A stretch of 64,000 nt of DNA from Octopus sinensis (taxonomy: Eukaryota). Below the pieces are notes generated by a model, which worked only from the letters and a program-made list of their open reading frames with translations, was not told the DNA's origin and did not search any database. Location of the stretch: positions 23,374,001-23,438,000 of the forward strand of contig NC_043003.1 in the NCBI RefSeq assembly GCF_006345805.1, read 5' to 3'. The position numbers and the translations under genes are program-made. Below, one piece after another: positions 51,446-64,000 of the stretch; position 1 is the stretch's first letter; each line of letters begins with the position of its first letter.

Positions 51446-51627
51446 TGTGTGCACGCGCGAATCCCTAGCTAAACAATATTAGTTTATGTATGTGTAAATT
51501 AACGGTTCAGCAAAAGAAATCACTAGAATAATTAACAAACTTTTAAAAATAAGTATTGCGGTCGATTTCGTCGATTAAATCCTTCAATGCAGGGGTACCG
51601 AATAGCTGCCCTCCAATGACTGAAGTA

Positions 51628-52137
51628 CCGTGAATCCTCGAGTATAATCCGCATTTTCCCCCCAAATTTAAAGGTCAAAATCCCTAGTGCGTACTATATA
51701 CGAGGTTAAAAATGAAAAATATTTTCTAATCAATGTCCGAGTCTCTAGTTGCTGCCCGGCAATGTTTATTCAGACGTATTTTGTGATGTCGGGCAAAAAA
51801 TACCTTAAGCTAAGCCTGAAAGTAATGAAGTCATAAAAGAATTATCCATAACTTGCAGTAAGCAACATTTATTAAACGTTATTACTGTTATTTCTTTATC
51901 TTCTTCAAACAAAATGCAGAAAAAAGCTACACGTTGGAATTATGTTATATGTACAATAATAATAAAGAACGTTACCGCATATATTTTTACAAACCAAGAA
52001 CGTTATATAGACCCCCTTGACTCAAGTTAGAAAAGGGGTGCGTATTATACACAAGGTTTAGGTTTTTCAGAGGTACAGCCCCGTAAAAATCCAATGCGTA
52101 TTATACTCAAGGGCAGACTATACTCGAGGATTTATGG
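51628..52137. mobile_element. ~510-bp pogo/Tc-like MITE
   Basis: TA then CCGTGAATCCTCGAGTATAATCCGC ... GCAGACTATACTCGAGGATTTATGG then T at the gap edge; internal GCGTA(T/C)TATA repeats. Confidence 0.75.
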
Positions 52138-52138
52138 T

Positions 52139-52238
52139 NNNNNNNNNNNNNNNNNNNNNNNNNNNNNNNNNNNNNNNNNNNNNNNNNNNNNNNNNNNNNN
52201 NNNNNNNNNNNNNNNNNNNNNNNNNNNNNNNNNNNNNN
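52139..52238. other. Assembly gap (100 N)
   Basis: Run of N. Confidence 1.
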
Positions 52239-52439
52239 CGTAATGGATCACGAAACCCTAGTAAAAGATTTTGGTTAATTATTCCATACGGAAATGAAGT
52301 AAATAGTAAACTTCCCCTCTTAGTTTGGCAAATTATAGAAAGGAACTTCCCCATTAATTCAAGGTACCACTCAATTTTCAACACATACCGTATCAGAATA
52401 TATTATTTATTATTATTCCAAAACTATTACATGCATACT

Positions 52440-53190
52440 TTTGCAGCATTTTGGGTGTTATGGAGAGTGTACCAGTTGCCATAAGAATAGCCCTTGTCAT
52501 ATTTTTCCACAATTTCTCCAACTCTCTGTCTATGGCTGAATATTTCTGAATGCTTTCAATTATTTCTGGTGCACTGTTTATTATCATACAATATTGTACA
52601 GACTGTAATCTTACACTCTTTGTTCATTTTGCCCTTTATAATCGTAATTGGTGTTCTTGCATCAATACTATGGTCAGTCTTTATGAAGAAGTTCCATAGA
52701 TTCCTGTGACAATCTTTATCAGAATTTTTGGTTCGTGTCCAAACAGTTTTCCTGTTATTTCGAAACCACGGACACGGCTATGATTTAAATGCTCTTTTTT
52801 AACTACAGAGTCATGCCTAAGTTTATACTAGTTTTTGTGCTAGCTTACTGTATTTACTGAAGAGATGACTAATATACTCTGGTCCCTTTTTGAAATTCTA
52901 TCTTAGTCGCAGACTCAGTTGTGTTGTTCTTTGTCCTTATAAAATTCGGTCCAATAGCATGTTCCTGGGCAGGTGCAATTAGCACTTTTGTCCTCTCGTT
53001 TCAGGTTCCCGCTCGTCATCCATAACTAGCATATTTTACTTCCAGAAATCTCAGTATGTTGCGTCAATTGGCCATGTAGTTTCATTTATTTCCCTCTGCT
53101 TGATCTGTTATTTTTCCTTCTTTTCTGAAATTTTCTTGCTGTTTCAATAAATGTCCTGCTATTTCAAAGAAGCTATGTCTCGCCACTCAA
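52440..53190 (-). mobile_element. Degenerate R4/Dong-clade retrotransposon fragment
   Basis: LWMTSGNLKRET...AQEHAIG, LWNFFIKTDHSIDARTP, KYSAIDRELEKLWK...ILMATGTL. Confidence 0.7.
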
Positions 53191-53268
53191 AATAGGTAAC
53201 GCAAAAAGAATCGGAAAGTGAATAATGGTATATTTCTACAAAATATATCATCTATCCCCATCCATTGA

Positions 53269-53341
53269 CTTATTGACCTTGATATCTCAACTACTTATTC
53301 AACTTGATCTCTCAACTACTTATTCACCTTGATCTCTCAAC
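53269..53341. repeat. 25-bp minisatellite, ~3 copies
   Basis: Unit CTTATTCACCTTGATCTCTCAACTA starting at 53269, 53294 and 53319. Confidence 0.85.
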
Positions 53342-54439
53342 AAATAAAACCGTCGACCAAGAATAGTTCTATCGTCCAAAGTAGGTTCCTCGAAGTACCT
53401 TAAGCGAAACAAAAGAATTTGTCGAATAAATGGTTGTGGAATACATGTTAATTAGGCTTAACGTTATAGTAAGTCGACGGCGGGTAATATTATACACGCT
53501 TTCCCAAATACTTTTAGTCGTACAAATACAGTGAAATACTAAGATTATTTCCTGAATCACTCATATACATCATGTAATCGTTTTGTAGAGTTATTATATC
53601 GGCATGTACGCTAACGCTATTGGATCTCTAGCCATCAAACATCAATATTCACAAATATATAAACGTAAGCTCTGTTCGTTTGGTGAGACTTCATTTGCAC
53701 TTGGCATACGTTTATCGATTCCTTGTTTAACCCATGCAGTGCAGTTGTGCAATATATTTGACATTAAGTACTTAGTATACTGGCATGAGCTAAGATGGGA
53801 GGCAGCGTTGCTTAAGTCACGCGTCATTAAATCATTTTCTGATAACGGTGCCAAAAGGCAATAAGACAACACAGCAGTAAAATAACAAAGACAAAAAGCA
53901 AGGAAATTAAAGTATATGAGAAGAAAACTTATTAATTTAGAAGAGGCAGAATACAAAAGAAACAAATGGAGAGCAACATCAGCAGATTTTGTTCATGTGA
54001 AGAAACTTTGGCCTGAGTTTGCTGTTACTTAAATCGTTAAATATCAAAGACGAATGGACTTGACAAATCTTGAGTGGGGCTGGACTGAAAATCAAATCAA
54101 TATGATTGAATATAGTCGGCAAGATATTGATCAGTTCGATATTACCAGCACTGAAGCAGAGTTAAAATAGCATTATCCAACGCTTACAACGCACACAGAT
54201 TGAATTACGATTAACTCTTCACGTTCGTTGAGAATGTTCAGGACTGTAGTTTTCTTTTAGCTGCGATGGCTTTATTGATATGGACGTGTTCGCTATAACA
54301 TGAACTGCAGACAAGTTACGCTACCTGATCATATTCAAAGTTAGACATACCACACACAGAGGCATGCATCATGTATATGTGTGTATGTGTGTTGACAGAC
54401 ACGCAGACACATAGGTAGAGACAAAGAGATAGACGCATA

Positions 54440-54655
54440 AAAGACAGTTACGATATATATGTATGTATATATATATATATATATATAGATATATATATAT
54501 ATAGTATATAATATATACATATCATACGTAATATATACATACATATATATATACATATACATATACATATACATATATATATATATACATCCTATATATA
54601 TATATACATATACATATACATATATATATATATATACATACCTATATATATATAC

Positions 54656-54727
<72 letters not shown>

Positions 54728-54732
54728 CATAC

Positions 54733-54763
<31 letters not shown>

Positions 54764-54800
54764 CATATATATATAAATGTATATAAATATATGTGTGTAT
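54440..54800. repeat. (TA)/(TACA)n compound microsatellite
   Basis: Direct inspection. Confidence 0.95.
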
Positions 54801-55305
54801 GATTGCGTGTGCGTGTGTGCATAAATGCCTATGTACATGTATTATGAGTAGTATACGACGTTATCGACGAAGACTACGAGTGTGTGTGTCCGTGTGTTAT
54901 CGACGAGGCACGAAGTATATATACTATAAATGAAGGAAAATGCGCCACAGCTGTGTGTGTGTATATATATATATATATAGAGAGAGATAGATAGATAGAT
55001 AGATAGATACATACATACATACATACATACATACATACATAATACATAGATATACATGTCCGTGTTTGCACATATATACGTATACACACATACATATGTG
55101 TATGTGTAAATGTGTGTATTTGTTTGTCTGCATACTTCCAAACAATAAACATGCGAAATATATGCACATTGTTTCTTTCTTATTTGTACAGAATCCACGA
55201 AAATACTCGTGTCTCAGCACGAATTCAATTCTACGGAAATCTGAATATCAATCTCGGCAATACACTTGCTACATTCATTTATGTTCTTCTTTTATATATG
55301 ATGAT

Positions 55306-55688
55306 GGAAGCACTCCGTCGGTTACGACGACGAGGGTTCCGGTTGATCCGAATCAACGGAACAGCCTGCTCGTGAAATTGACGTGTAAGTGGCTGAGCAC
55401 TCCACAGACACGTGTACCCTTAACGTAGTTCTCGGGGATATTCAGCGTGACACAGAGAATGACAAGGCCGGCCCTTTGAAATACAGGTACAACAGAAACA
55501 GGAAGTAAGAGTGAGAGAAAGTTGTGGTGAAAGAGTACAGCAGGGATCACCACCATCCCCTGCCGGAGCCACGTGGAGCTTTTAGGTGTTTTCGCTCAAT
55601 AAACACTCACAACGCCCGGTCTGGGAATCGAAACCGCGATTCTATGACCGCGAGTCCGCTGCCCTAACCACTGGGCCATTGCACCTCC
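55306..55688 (-). mobile_element. tRNA-derived SINE (head type A + tail type Y), young
   Basis: Minus strand: GGAGGTGCAATGGCCCAGTGGTTAGGGCAGCGGACTCGCGGTC...GGTTTCGATTCCC...then CTGTATTTCAAAGGGCCGGCC...GACGGAGTGCTTCC. Confidence 0.9.
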
Positions 55689-55714
55689 ACCTCTTTTATA
55701 TATAAATATATACT

Positions 55715-55872
55715 CGCAGGTTAGTCTCACTGCGTGACACCTACTATAGCTTCGGGCCGACCAGAGCCTTCTAAGTGGATTCGCGAGGCGGAAACTGAAA
55801 GACCGTCGTATGTGTGTGTGTGTGTGTGTGTGTGTGTTGTGTGTGTGTGGTGTGTGTGTGTGTGTGTGTGTC

Positions 55873-55912
<40 letters not shown>

Positions 55913-56112
55913 TGTGTGTGTGTGCGCGAGCGCGTTTACTTCTGTGTCTGTGTTTGTTCCCCCACCATTGCTTGACTACCGATGTCTATGTGTTTACGTC
56001 CCTGTACGAAACACCGATAGAATAAGTACTAGGCTTACAAGAATAAGTAATGTGGTCGATTTGTTCGACTAAAGATGGTGCTCCAGTATGGCTTCAGTCA
56101 AATGACTAGAAC
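55715..56112 (+). mobile_element. SINE family 2 with an expanded internal (TG)/(AG)n
   Basis: Homology to 37768-38162. Confidence 0.8.
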
Positions 56113-56363
56113 AAGTAAAAAATAAAAGAATATATATATGTATGTGTGTGTGTGTGTTGTGTGTGTGGGGGGGGGGTATGTCTGTGTGTGTATGTATATA
56201 TTGATTATCTATTTATTCATTTATTTATCTGGAATATGGCCTCTATAAGTTTGGAGAGACCATACTCAAAAAAGGACTTAATGCACAATTATGTTGGGTG
56301 TACAATTTATTTCGGTAATGTATGTTTTGTTGTGTAAGTTTGCATATATATATGTGTGTGTGT

Positions 56364-56405
<42 letters not shown>

Positions 56406-56416
56406 TGTGTGCGTCT

Positions 56417-56444
<28 letters not shown>

Positions 56445-56447
<3 letters not shown>

Positions 56448-56638
56448 ACCGAGTGTGTATCGTTGGCGATTTTCTTTCTCCCTCTTCACTCTTTGGACTT
56501 TTTCTATTTTTGATGAAGCGCTCCGCTCGAAACGTGAAATCCTCTTTCTTTTCTTTCCTTTCCTAAGCGTACAATAACATTGTACTTATTCCACGTCCTC
56601 GCGTTGTTGTCTTTTTCTTGCTTGTTCATGTTTGGATT

Positions 56639-56640
<2 letters not shown>
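56445..56640 (+). mobile_element. Penelope-like 3' tail fragment (tail family 2) with an HHR-like motif at 56506-56540
   Basis: Homologous to the reverse complement of 9780-9975; ATTT-TTGATGA-AGCGCTCCGCTC-GAAAC-GTG-AAAT. Confidence 0.6.
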
Positions 56641-56675
<35 letters not shown>

Positions 56676-56779
56676 TATATGTATATGTATATATATATCT
56701 AATGTAGGATAACATTTTTTCGAAAAAATTTTATCAATGGCCAGCATATTAAAAAATACCTTTAAAGGATAAATTATAA

Positions 56780-56916
56780 ACAACTTATAAATAAGGGCAA
56801 ACGAAAAAATTTCTAATGCCAAATATGACGAAATTATATGGTAAATGGACAGTATATCCAATTTTCGACATATTGGGCATTAGAATTTTTTTCGTTTGCC
56901 CTTATTTATAAGTTGT
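56780..56916. repeat. Fold-back inverted repeat (~56-bp arms, 24-bp spacer)
   Basis: ACAACTTATAAATAAGGGCAAACGAAAAAATTTCTAATGCC... / ...GGGCATTAGAATTTTTTTCGTTTGCCCTTATTTATAAGTTGT. Confidence 0.85.
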
Positions 56917-56937
56917 ATATGTATATATATATATATA

Positions 56938-57434
56938 CTAGCAGTATCGCCCGGCGTTGCTCGGGTTTGTAAGGGAAATAACTATATAAGCATTTTTAGA
57001 GAGTTACTTCCCTTATAGATGCCAATTCGGGCTTTCTTAGCCATTTCTGTTTTGGTGTCTTCAAGCCATGAAGTCGTTGTTCTAAAAGAACGCTGGTCTC
57101 CTTGACAACGCATTACGACGTTGATTTCCTTAAACTCCCTTCCCCACAGCTTCACGAGGGAGGGAAGAAGGGGGAGAAGCAAACAGGTGCAGGTGTGACC
57201 ATGGACGCCAACTCCGCCGCCATCGACACACGAAAAATTATGCATTAAAATGGAATAAAAAATTATGTTAAATTATTTTAAAAATCGTAGACTCATCGTA
57301 GACGCGCGCTAATAGCCAGACGGGCTCGATATGAATCACGACTATAAGATACCCGAATTTGGCTAAACTGCACCGCAAAATGTGGGAGTAGTTAGGAATC
57401 TAAATCGAAGGGGACAGACACTCACACAACTACA

Positions 57435-57479
<45 letters not shown>
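56938..57479 (-). mobile_element. Non-autonomous Helitron
   Basis: Minus strand starts CTATATA...TAAAACTGTAG and ends with the hairpin CCCGAGCAACGCCGGG followed by CGATACTG-CTAG, with T next. Confidence 0.75.
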
Positions 57480-57481
<2 letters not shown>

Positions 57482-57789
57482 ACAGAAAGAGGGAGGAAGT
57501 TCGATGATCCCCACGTGGTGAGTTGTAATATATATAAGAAATTAAAAAAGGAAAATACACACATTACATAGTTTTGATATAATTTTTAATATATCGACCG
57601 GTTTTGCTTTCGCTATTCCTGATATTAAGGTTTACTTGTTTGAATATATATTTTCGTTAGAACAAATTTTTGTCCATGTTTTGTGTGATGATATTTACGA
57701 GTGAATGACTTCACAAGTAGAAAAATATGTATGTATTCTTTTATACGTTTCAGCGCTAAGGCTGTGGCCATGCTAGCGTACCGCTTGCA

Positions 57790-58015
57790 TAATCACCTTT
57801 CCAATTGCTAATGCTATGTGATTAGCTTCTGGTGAAGGAGGGAGTTGGACCCTGCTGCTGCCCTATTTTGAATTTATTGCCTTGATATCAGTTCGTCTGG
57901 GTATTTAGATAGCAAGGGGTAACGTTATTGCTTGAAAACCTCTACTTCCACTCCATGAAGATCCCTGAGATATTCTGGCAAGGCGATAAATAGCTGTGAG
58001 CTTTTGAACCCTAAG
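57790..58015 (-). mobile_element. CR1-type LINE 3' end
   Basis: LGFKSSQLFIALPEYLRDLHGVEVEVFK...YPDEL...RAAAGSNSLLHQ. Confidence 0.75.
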
Positions 58016-58564
58016 CTATTGCAGTAAACACACACACACACACACACACACACCTACAATACACACACACACACACATACAACACACGCATATCTATGGC
58101 ATATGCCCTTTAAGATCACAATTCAAATAAAGCCGCTATACAGAATTATGTAAGTTTATTTAATATTGATAAACACTACGAAAAGCTTACTTTCATTTTA
58201 CGGGTGCGGATGATACATTTTTTAATTTATTTATCTATTTATATACCTATTTATTTATTACTGAAGCGGTAACTTTAGCTTGTGGTAAACTTTTGGTAAC
58301 CTGATATCTCAACGTTTTAGGTGAGATCCATACACATCAATTACTCCTTAATGCATGTGAAATTTGCATTTGCAGACAACTCTCCTTTCCTATATATTAT
58401 ATTTCATGTCTTGGATAAAAGCTTGTCATAATGACGGTGGAAGTAATATGCATTCGCCCAACGCTATATGGTTTTTCTGTAATTTCTCAGTTTGAAATAT
58501 AATCAAGTTCTCATTAGTTGTGGTTGCTGTCATTTAGTTCCTCGTTTCCATCAGCATTTCTTCA

Positions 58565-58700
<136 letters not shown>

Positions 58701-59174
58701 ACCTATCTGTCTAACTATCTATAAAATCAATCTATCTATATATTCCTCTATCTAACTTTCTTCACACACGCGCACGCACGCACACACTCACACACACACA
58801 CGCACGCACACACACACACATATAATGAACGGACTTGCTAATGGATCTGTCGTATGGCATGGACTCGGGGTAACTTTGGCATCAATTACACACTTCTAAC
58901 ATCGAGGAATTGACTCGGACAAGTTCTCAACAGTTGTTTGGAGAATTCAGCGCCATTATTCACATAAAACCTGTTCTGCTATTTCAGTGCTGATGACAGA
59001 TGAAGACTGCTCCTCGAATGCTATTTCAAAATGCACCACACATGCCTGATTATATTGACATCAGGGTATTGTGGTATTCCATCCAAATAGTCAACTTCGC
59101 TTCGTACCATTTTGGAATAATATTAGTCGTCTGAGTCGATGCATTCCCATCCTGGAAGATTGCTAAAAAAATGT

Positions 59175-59472
59175 GGAGGCACATGGCCAAGTGGTTAGAG
59201 CAGCAGACTCGTGGTCGAGGGATCGCGTGTTCGAATCCCAGACCGGGCGATGTGTGTGTTTATGAGCGAAACACCTAAGCTCCACGCGGCTCAGGCAGAA
59301 TGTAATGGCGAAACTTCTTCTGACTCTTTCGCCACAACTTTCTCTCACTCTTTCCTCCTGCATCTTGCAGCTCACCTGCGATGGACCGGCGTCTTGTCTA
59401 GGTGGGGAACCTATACGCCAAGGAAACCGGGAAGCTGGCCCATATGAGCCAGGCATGGCTCGAGAAGGAACA
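59175..59472 (+). mobile_element. tRNA-derived SINE (head type A + tail type X), full-length
   Basis: GGAGGCACATGGCCAAGTGGTTAGAGC...GTGTTCGAATCCC...GATGGACCGGCGTC...GGAAACCGGGAAGCTGGCCC...GAGAAGGAACAA. Confidence 0.9.
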
Positions 59473-61097
59473 ATCAAATTGCTAACCGACTGGGATATAG
59501 CACTTGTAACATTGTATGGACTACTCAGATAATACTTGAATTTAACTTTACTATGTAGAACAATTTAAGCTCAATTTAATCCAGTGATATGTTTGTTATA
59601 TACAGACTATCAAAATTTTGTCATATTACCAATAGATAAATTATGTTGTGATAATTATTTTGTCGAACCCCTGTATATATATTTCTGTTGGTAATCAATC
59701 TATCACAAATTGCAGTTTCTGAAGTTACTTTCAATCAATCCAGTGTATAAAAATTATCACTGAATGACAATACACACTCACCCAATTACACACTTACACA
59801 CACATATGCGTGCGCTCACACATGCAGACGCACACATACATGCATAAAGAAACGCTCACATACAAGCATACATAGACATATAAACTGATAGATTCATAGA
59901 TAGATATTTACAAGTATAGTATCCATAATATCGTTCACTGTTTAAAGCTATGGTGCATTTGATTTTGGTAAATTTGGTTACTATATCTAGCAGCACGAGA
60001 AACCACATTGGACATGATTCCCAAACTGGTCCTATGCAACACTCTTTCGGATGAGCTTTACGTATGCGCTATGTTACGAAAATTATATTTCAAAATATTA
60101 ACAAATGCAAACTCAATATCAAATTATGAAGTTATGAAAACTATGTTTTCTTTATTGAATAAATTATTATTTTTTAAACAATTTTATGAGAGAGCACCTA
60201 AATTAAATTACTTAAATTTGTACTCTAAAGCATGTAAGATTATTAATATTTTTGTTTACGTTGTAAACTAAGAACCAAATATTTTAATTTCCTCTCAAAT
60301 GAACCAGTAAGTAAATATGTGTGAATTTCCCTCTTTCTACTTCAATGGCGGTAACATTATTGCTATTAATGTTCTAATGTAGATTCACTTGGTTACATAT
60401 AGTACCTAAAGTATAGGCTTTCAACGTTATTAATGAATCAAAACTAGAATGTATGTGACACAACTGTTTTAAGCTTTCATGTAAGATTCTTTCATTTGTC
60501 CGCTCATTGGGTCATCTTCAAGAATCATATTAGTTGTGTAACATGAAGAAAACGATGTAATATTTATAACTTACAACGTGCATACGATTGATCTGTAATT
60601 ATTCTTTTGGTGTGGAAAAGCAATAATGTAGCTAAAATGTAACGAATTCTGATTCAATGAAACCTCTGTGTTGTACAGAGGTTTCAAAGTCAGAGCTGTG
60701 CTGTCAATATGGTACAGAAATATGTTTCAAGCATTCGAAATATGTTTCGACAGAAGCATTTGTTTCCATGCAAAACAGGTTATACTAAACAGAATACATT
60801 CTTTCGAGCTAGAAGCAGATAACATGAAGCTGTAATGCTGCTGCAAATACAATGCAAATTTATTTTATCTATGTGACAATGAGTTGTTCTTCGTTATTTT
60901 CCTATTAGTAAAAGATATCTAATTTCTAAATATCAGCTAGGAATAATACCATCTTGCTCATCCGATTGGATATTTCAATTTTAATACCACACTATGTTGA
61001 ATCCTTTGTACTAATTTTACTCTATCGTATGTATAATTACAATCAATGCACAGACACACCCATCTGCAACATTTCAGATATCATAGCAAATTCTTAG

Positions 61098-61163
61098 ACA
61101 ACCACAATCCTCACCAATATGCAGACAGCTGACTGGAAGCGGCTTCATACATTCTATCGACAG
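61098..61163 (+). CDS. Candidate small exon (unverified)
   Basis: TTCTTAG acceptor, 66-nt open frame TTTILTNMQTADWKRLHTFYRQ, strong donor CAG|GTAAGG, in unique sequence. Confidence 0.25.
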
Positions 61164-62039
61164 GTAAGGAGATTAAACTGTTTACAGTTGCTTTAAAGTA
61201 ATATTAGATAGAAATTCTGTTTCTTTACTCTGAATTTTTTTCAAAACTTATATTAAACAACGATGCCAATTTTTAGTTGCTGTATTTGGCAAAAGAGAAG
61301 TTCTAATTGCCAATACAGACTTTATGAGAGGGCTTAGACTGATGCCGTAAATGCTCTGTTTATACTTTTAAGCTGTTGCAAGTCAAGACTTACAAGTAAG
61401 AAATGAACTGGTAGCTTCCAGAAAGCCCTTATTCTGGCTACGACAGTTGAATAGAATAAATGCTATAAAAGGTTCGAAAGACTTATGAGACTGAGAGTAT
61501 GTAAGTGTAGGAACGTAAAATAGACCTTCCATATCATATGATAATAATAGTAACGAAGTAAAAAAAAAAACTGAGTGAAGAGACTATCAACTAAAATTAT
61601 CTCCCAGAGAATATAACAGAAAATTTATATCGACACTTAAAAGCTGATATGAGCCTAGAATGAATTGGCATTTAACATTACAGAATGCAGTTGATTGTGT
61701 TAAACCAGTTGTAGAGTCCTCCACCACTCATATCGAATGTTTTGTCAAAAGCAATTAACCTTGAAGAAGCAATCCGATGTGATAATAAATCGAAATTACC
61801 GTTGGCAGTTAGTTAAAAATCTCTCTTTATGTAAGGAAGCACTTTATGGGGCAATTTAAAAGGAAGAACAAGTAAATGAACTTCGGCTCATAAAGAGAAG
61901 CGATCATAACATCATGAACAGTAAAACAATCTATGCATAGGAATATATGAGTGTACATATGTGCATACACTCACACACATACAAACTCACCTATATGGAT
62001 ATATATGTCTATATATCCATATATCTATATATCTATATC

Positions 62040-62084
<45 letters not shown>

Positions 62085-62363
62085 ATATATATATATATAT
62101 ATACATACATTTCTAAACACGCTAGTATGGAACATTAAGAGTGGGTGATCAACGTCGCATTTAGTGGATAAATATTCTTTATTCGTCGACTATAGATTTA
62201 TATATATGTGTGTGTGTGTGTGGTGCATGTAAGTGTTTCTATGTGTGTATGTATACATTTATAGGTGTATATATAAACAAACATATAGATACATATATTT
62301 ATATATATATATACATTTATATATATATATTCAGGTGGATGCATATGTACACACTTATCTCCC

Positions 62364-62401
<38 letters not shown>

Positions 62402-62874
62402 TATACAATCACATGTATGTATATGTATATGGGTGCACAAATGTATATAATGTTTATCGCTTTTTCAATCAACGCCCAATATTTAGATCAAAAGATACTA
62501 ATATTTAACTCACATTGCAAACGAAAACTCTACTTTATTACGGAAAATCACGTCATCAATAGAGAAATGAGAAGAAAATTGATTATTTGAAAACGATAAT
62601 AGATAATTGCAAAGTTTCAATATCGATAAACAGTTCCATTAAAGACTGGATGACGCAAAACGAAATCTCGTTTGCCTTTGTAGACTTTTATACACATTAG
62701 TACAGTTAAGAAAACAACACACACCCACTCAGAAACATATATATACACATACACACACATGCACAGACATATATATATATACACAGTGATACACGCTTAT
62801 ATATACACATTGATACACATAAGCATTAGCACACACATATACACACAATATATGCATCACAGATGTATAAACAT

Positions 62875-62929
<55 letters not shown>

Positions 62930-62939
62930 TTATTTATAC

Positions 62940-62961
<22 letters not shown>

Positions 62962-62972
<11 letters not shown>

Positions 62973-64000
62973 GAGGGCATTATACATCCATGCCAGATGG
63001 CATTATACATACATGCCACACGCTAAGAGGGACATTTAGTCATTTCTACCAAAAATATTACTAATCCCACCGAATGCAATTTTTCAAAGTAAGACATTTA
63101 AAAAATATAGACCTGTATCACAGTGATTTCATACTTACTATTCATCAGCAGGCCTGGATGTATCATACATAAATGACCCTGCCTCGCTTAAGCCGATCAG
63201 CTAACTGATCAACATCAACGAAGCACATGGGTGAGTTTACATATATTACATCCTGTAAATGTCGGACTTTTACGAATTGCATTTCGGGAAAGGAAAAGTT
63301 TTTTCGGAATAAAAATTTAGCAATTAAGGACAACTACTTAATAAGGAAAACTTAACAAGAAATTGTCAGGTAGATAGCGTGAAAACCTCATAAGAGAAAA
63401 AATTTCGAAAATAATTATTTCTTATTGAACATATTAATTTATATATAGACAATTTCTTGTTAAGTTTTCCTTATTAAGTAGTTGTCCTTAATTGCTAAAT
63501 TTTTATTCCGAAAAAACTTTTCCTTTCCCGAAATGCAATTCGTAAAAGTCCGACATTTACAGGATGTAATATATGTAAACTCACCCATGTGCTTCGTTGA
63601 TGTTGATCAGTTAGCTGATCGGCTTAAGCGAGGCAGGGTCGTATATGTATGATACATCCAGGCCTGCTGATGAATATGTAAGTATGAAATCACTGTGATA
63701 CAGGTCTATATTTTTTAAATGTCTTACTTTGAAAAATTGCATTCGGTGGGATTAGTAATATTTTTGGTAGAAATGACTAAATGTCCCTTTTAGCGTGTGG
63801 CATGTATGTATAATGCCATCTGGCATGGATGTATAATGCCCTCTATATATAAATTAATATGTTCAATAAGAAATAATTATTTTCGAAATTTTTTCTCTTA
63901 TGAAGTTTTCACGCTATCTACCTGACAATTTCTTGTTAAGTTTTCCTTATTAAATAGTTGTCCTTAATTGCTAAATTTTTATTCCGAAAAAACTTTTCCT
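62962..64000. repeat. ~406-bp inverted repeat (62962-63367 / 63448-63854) continuing as a ~476-bp head-to-tail tandem unit
   Basis: Direct base comparison; only a few substitutions and one 1-nt indel seen between copies. Confidence 0.95.

Noticed and set aside
52118-52484. ORFs spanning the N run
   Set aside because: Artefacts of translating through the assembly gap.

Overview
AT-rich, repeat-saturated eukaryotic DNA. The SINE/LINE repertoire and very high microsatellite density suggest an octopus (cephalopod) genome; this is inference, not a database match. No complete host gene is recognisable, and nearly all ORFs in the track are microsatellite read-throughs or antisense to repeats. DNA transposon content: a full-length but frameshifted Chapaev3-type transposon with TIRs and a 3-bp TSD (6481-8650), three mariner deletion derivatives, a maT/DD37D transposase relic, two TA-flanked MITEs and a non-autonomous Helitron. 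Retroelement content: fragments of CR1-type, RTE, R4/Dong (RLE) and Penelope-like elements, plus more than 25 tRNA-derived SINE copies from several modular families. There is a 100-N gap at 52139-52238. Main second-look items: (1) repeated minimal hammerhead-ribozyme motifs with covarying stem I in Penelope tails; (2) a tRNA-like head directly after a Penelope GIY-YIG ORF; (3) SINE head/tail module swapping; (4) a ~406-bp near-perfect palindrome running into a ~476-bp tandem array at the right end; (5) a unique GC-rich 20-bp hairpin just downstream of a splice acceptor. Element boundaries are exact only where TIRs or TSDs are quoted; the others are approximate.
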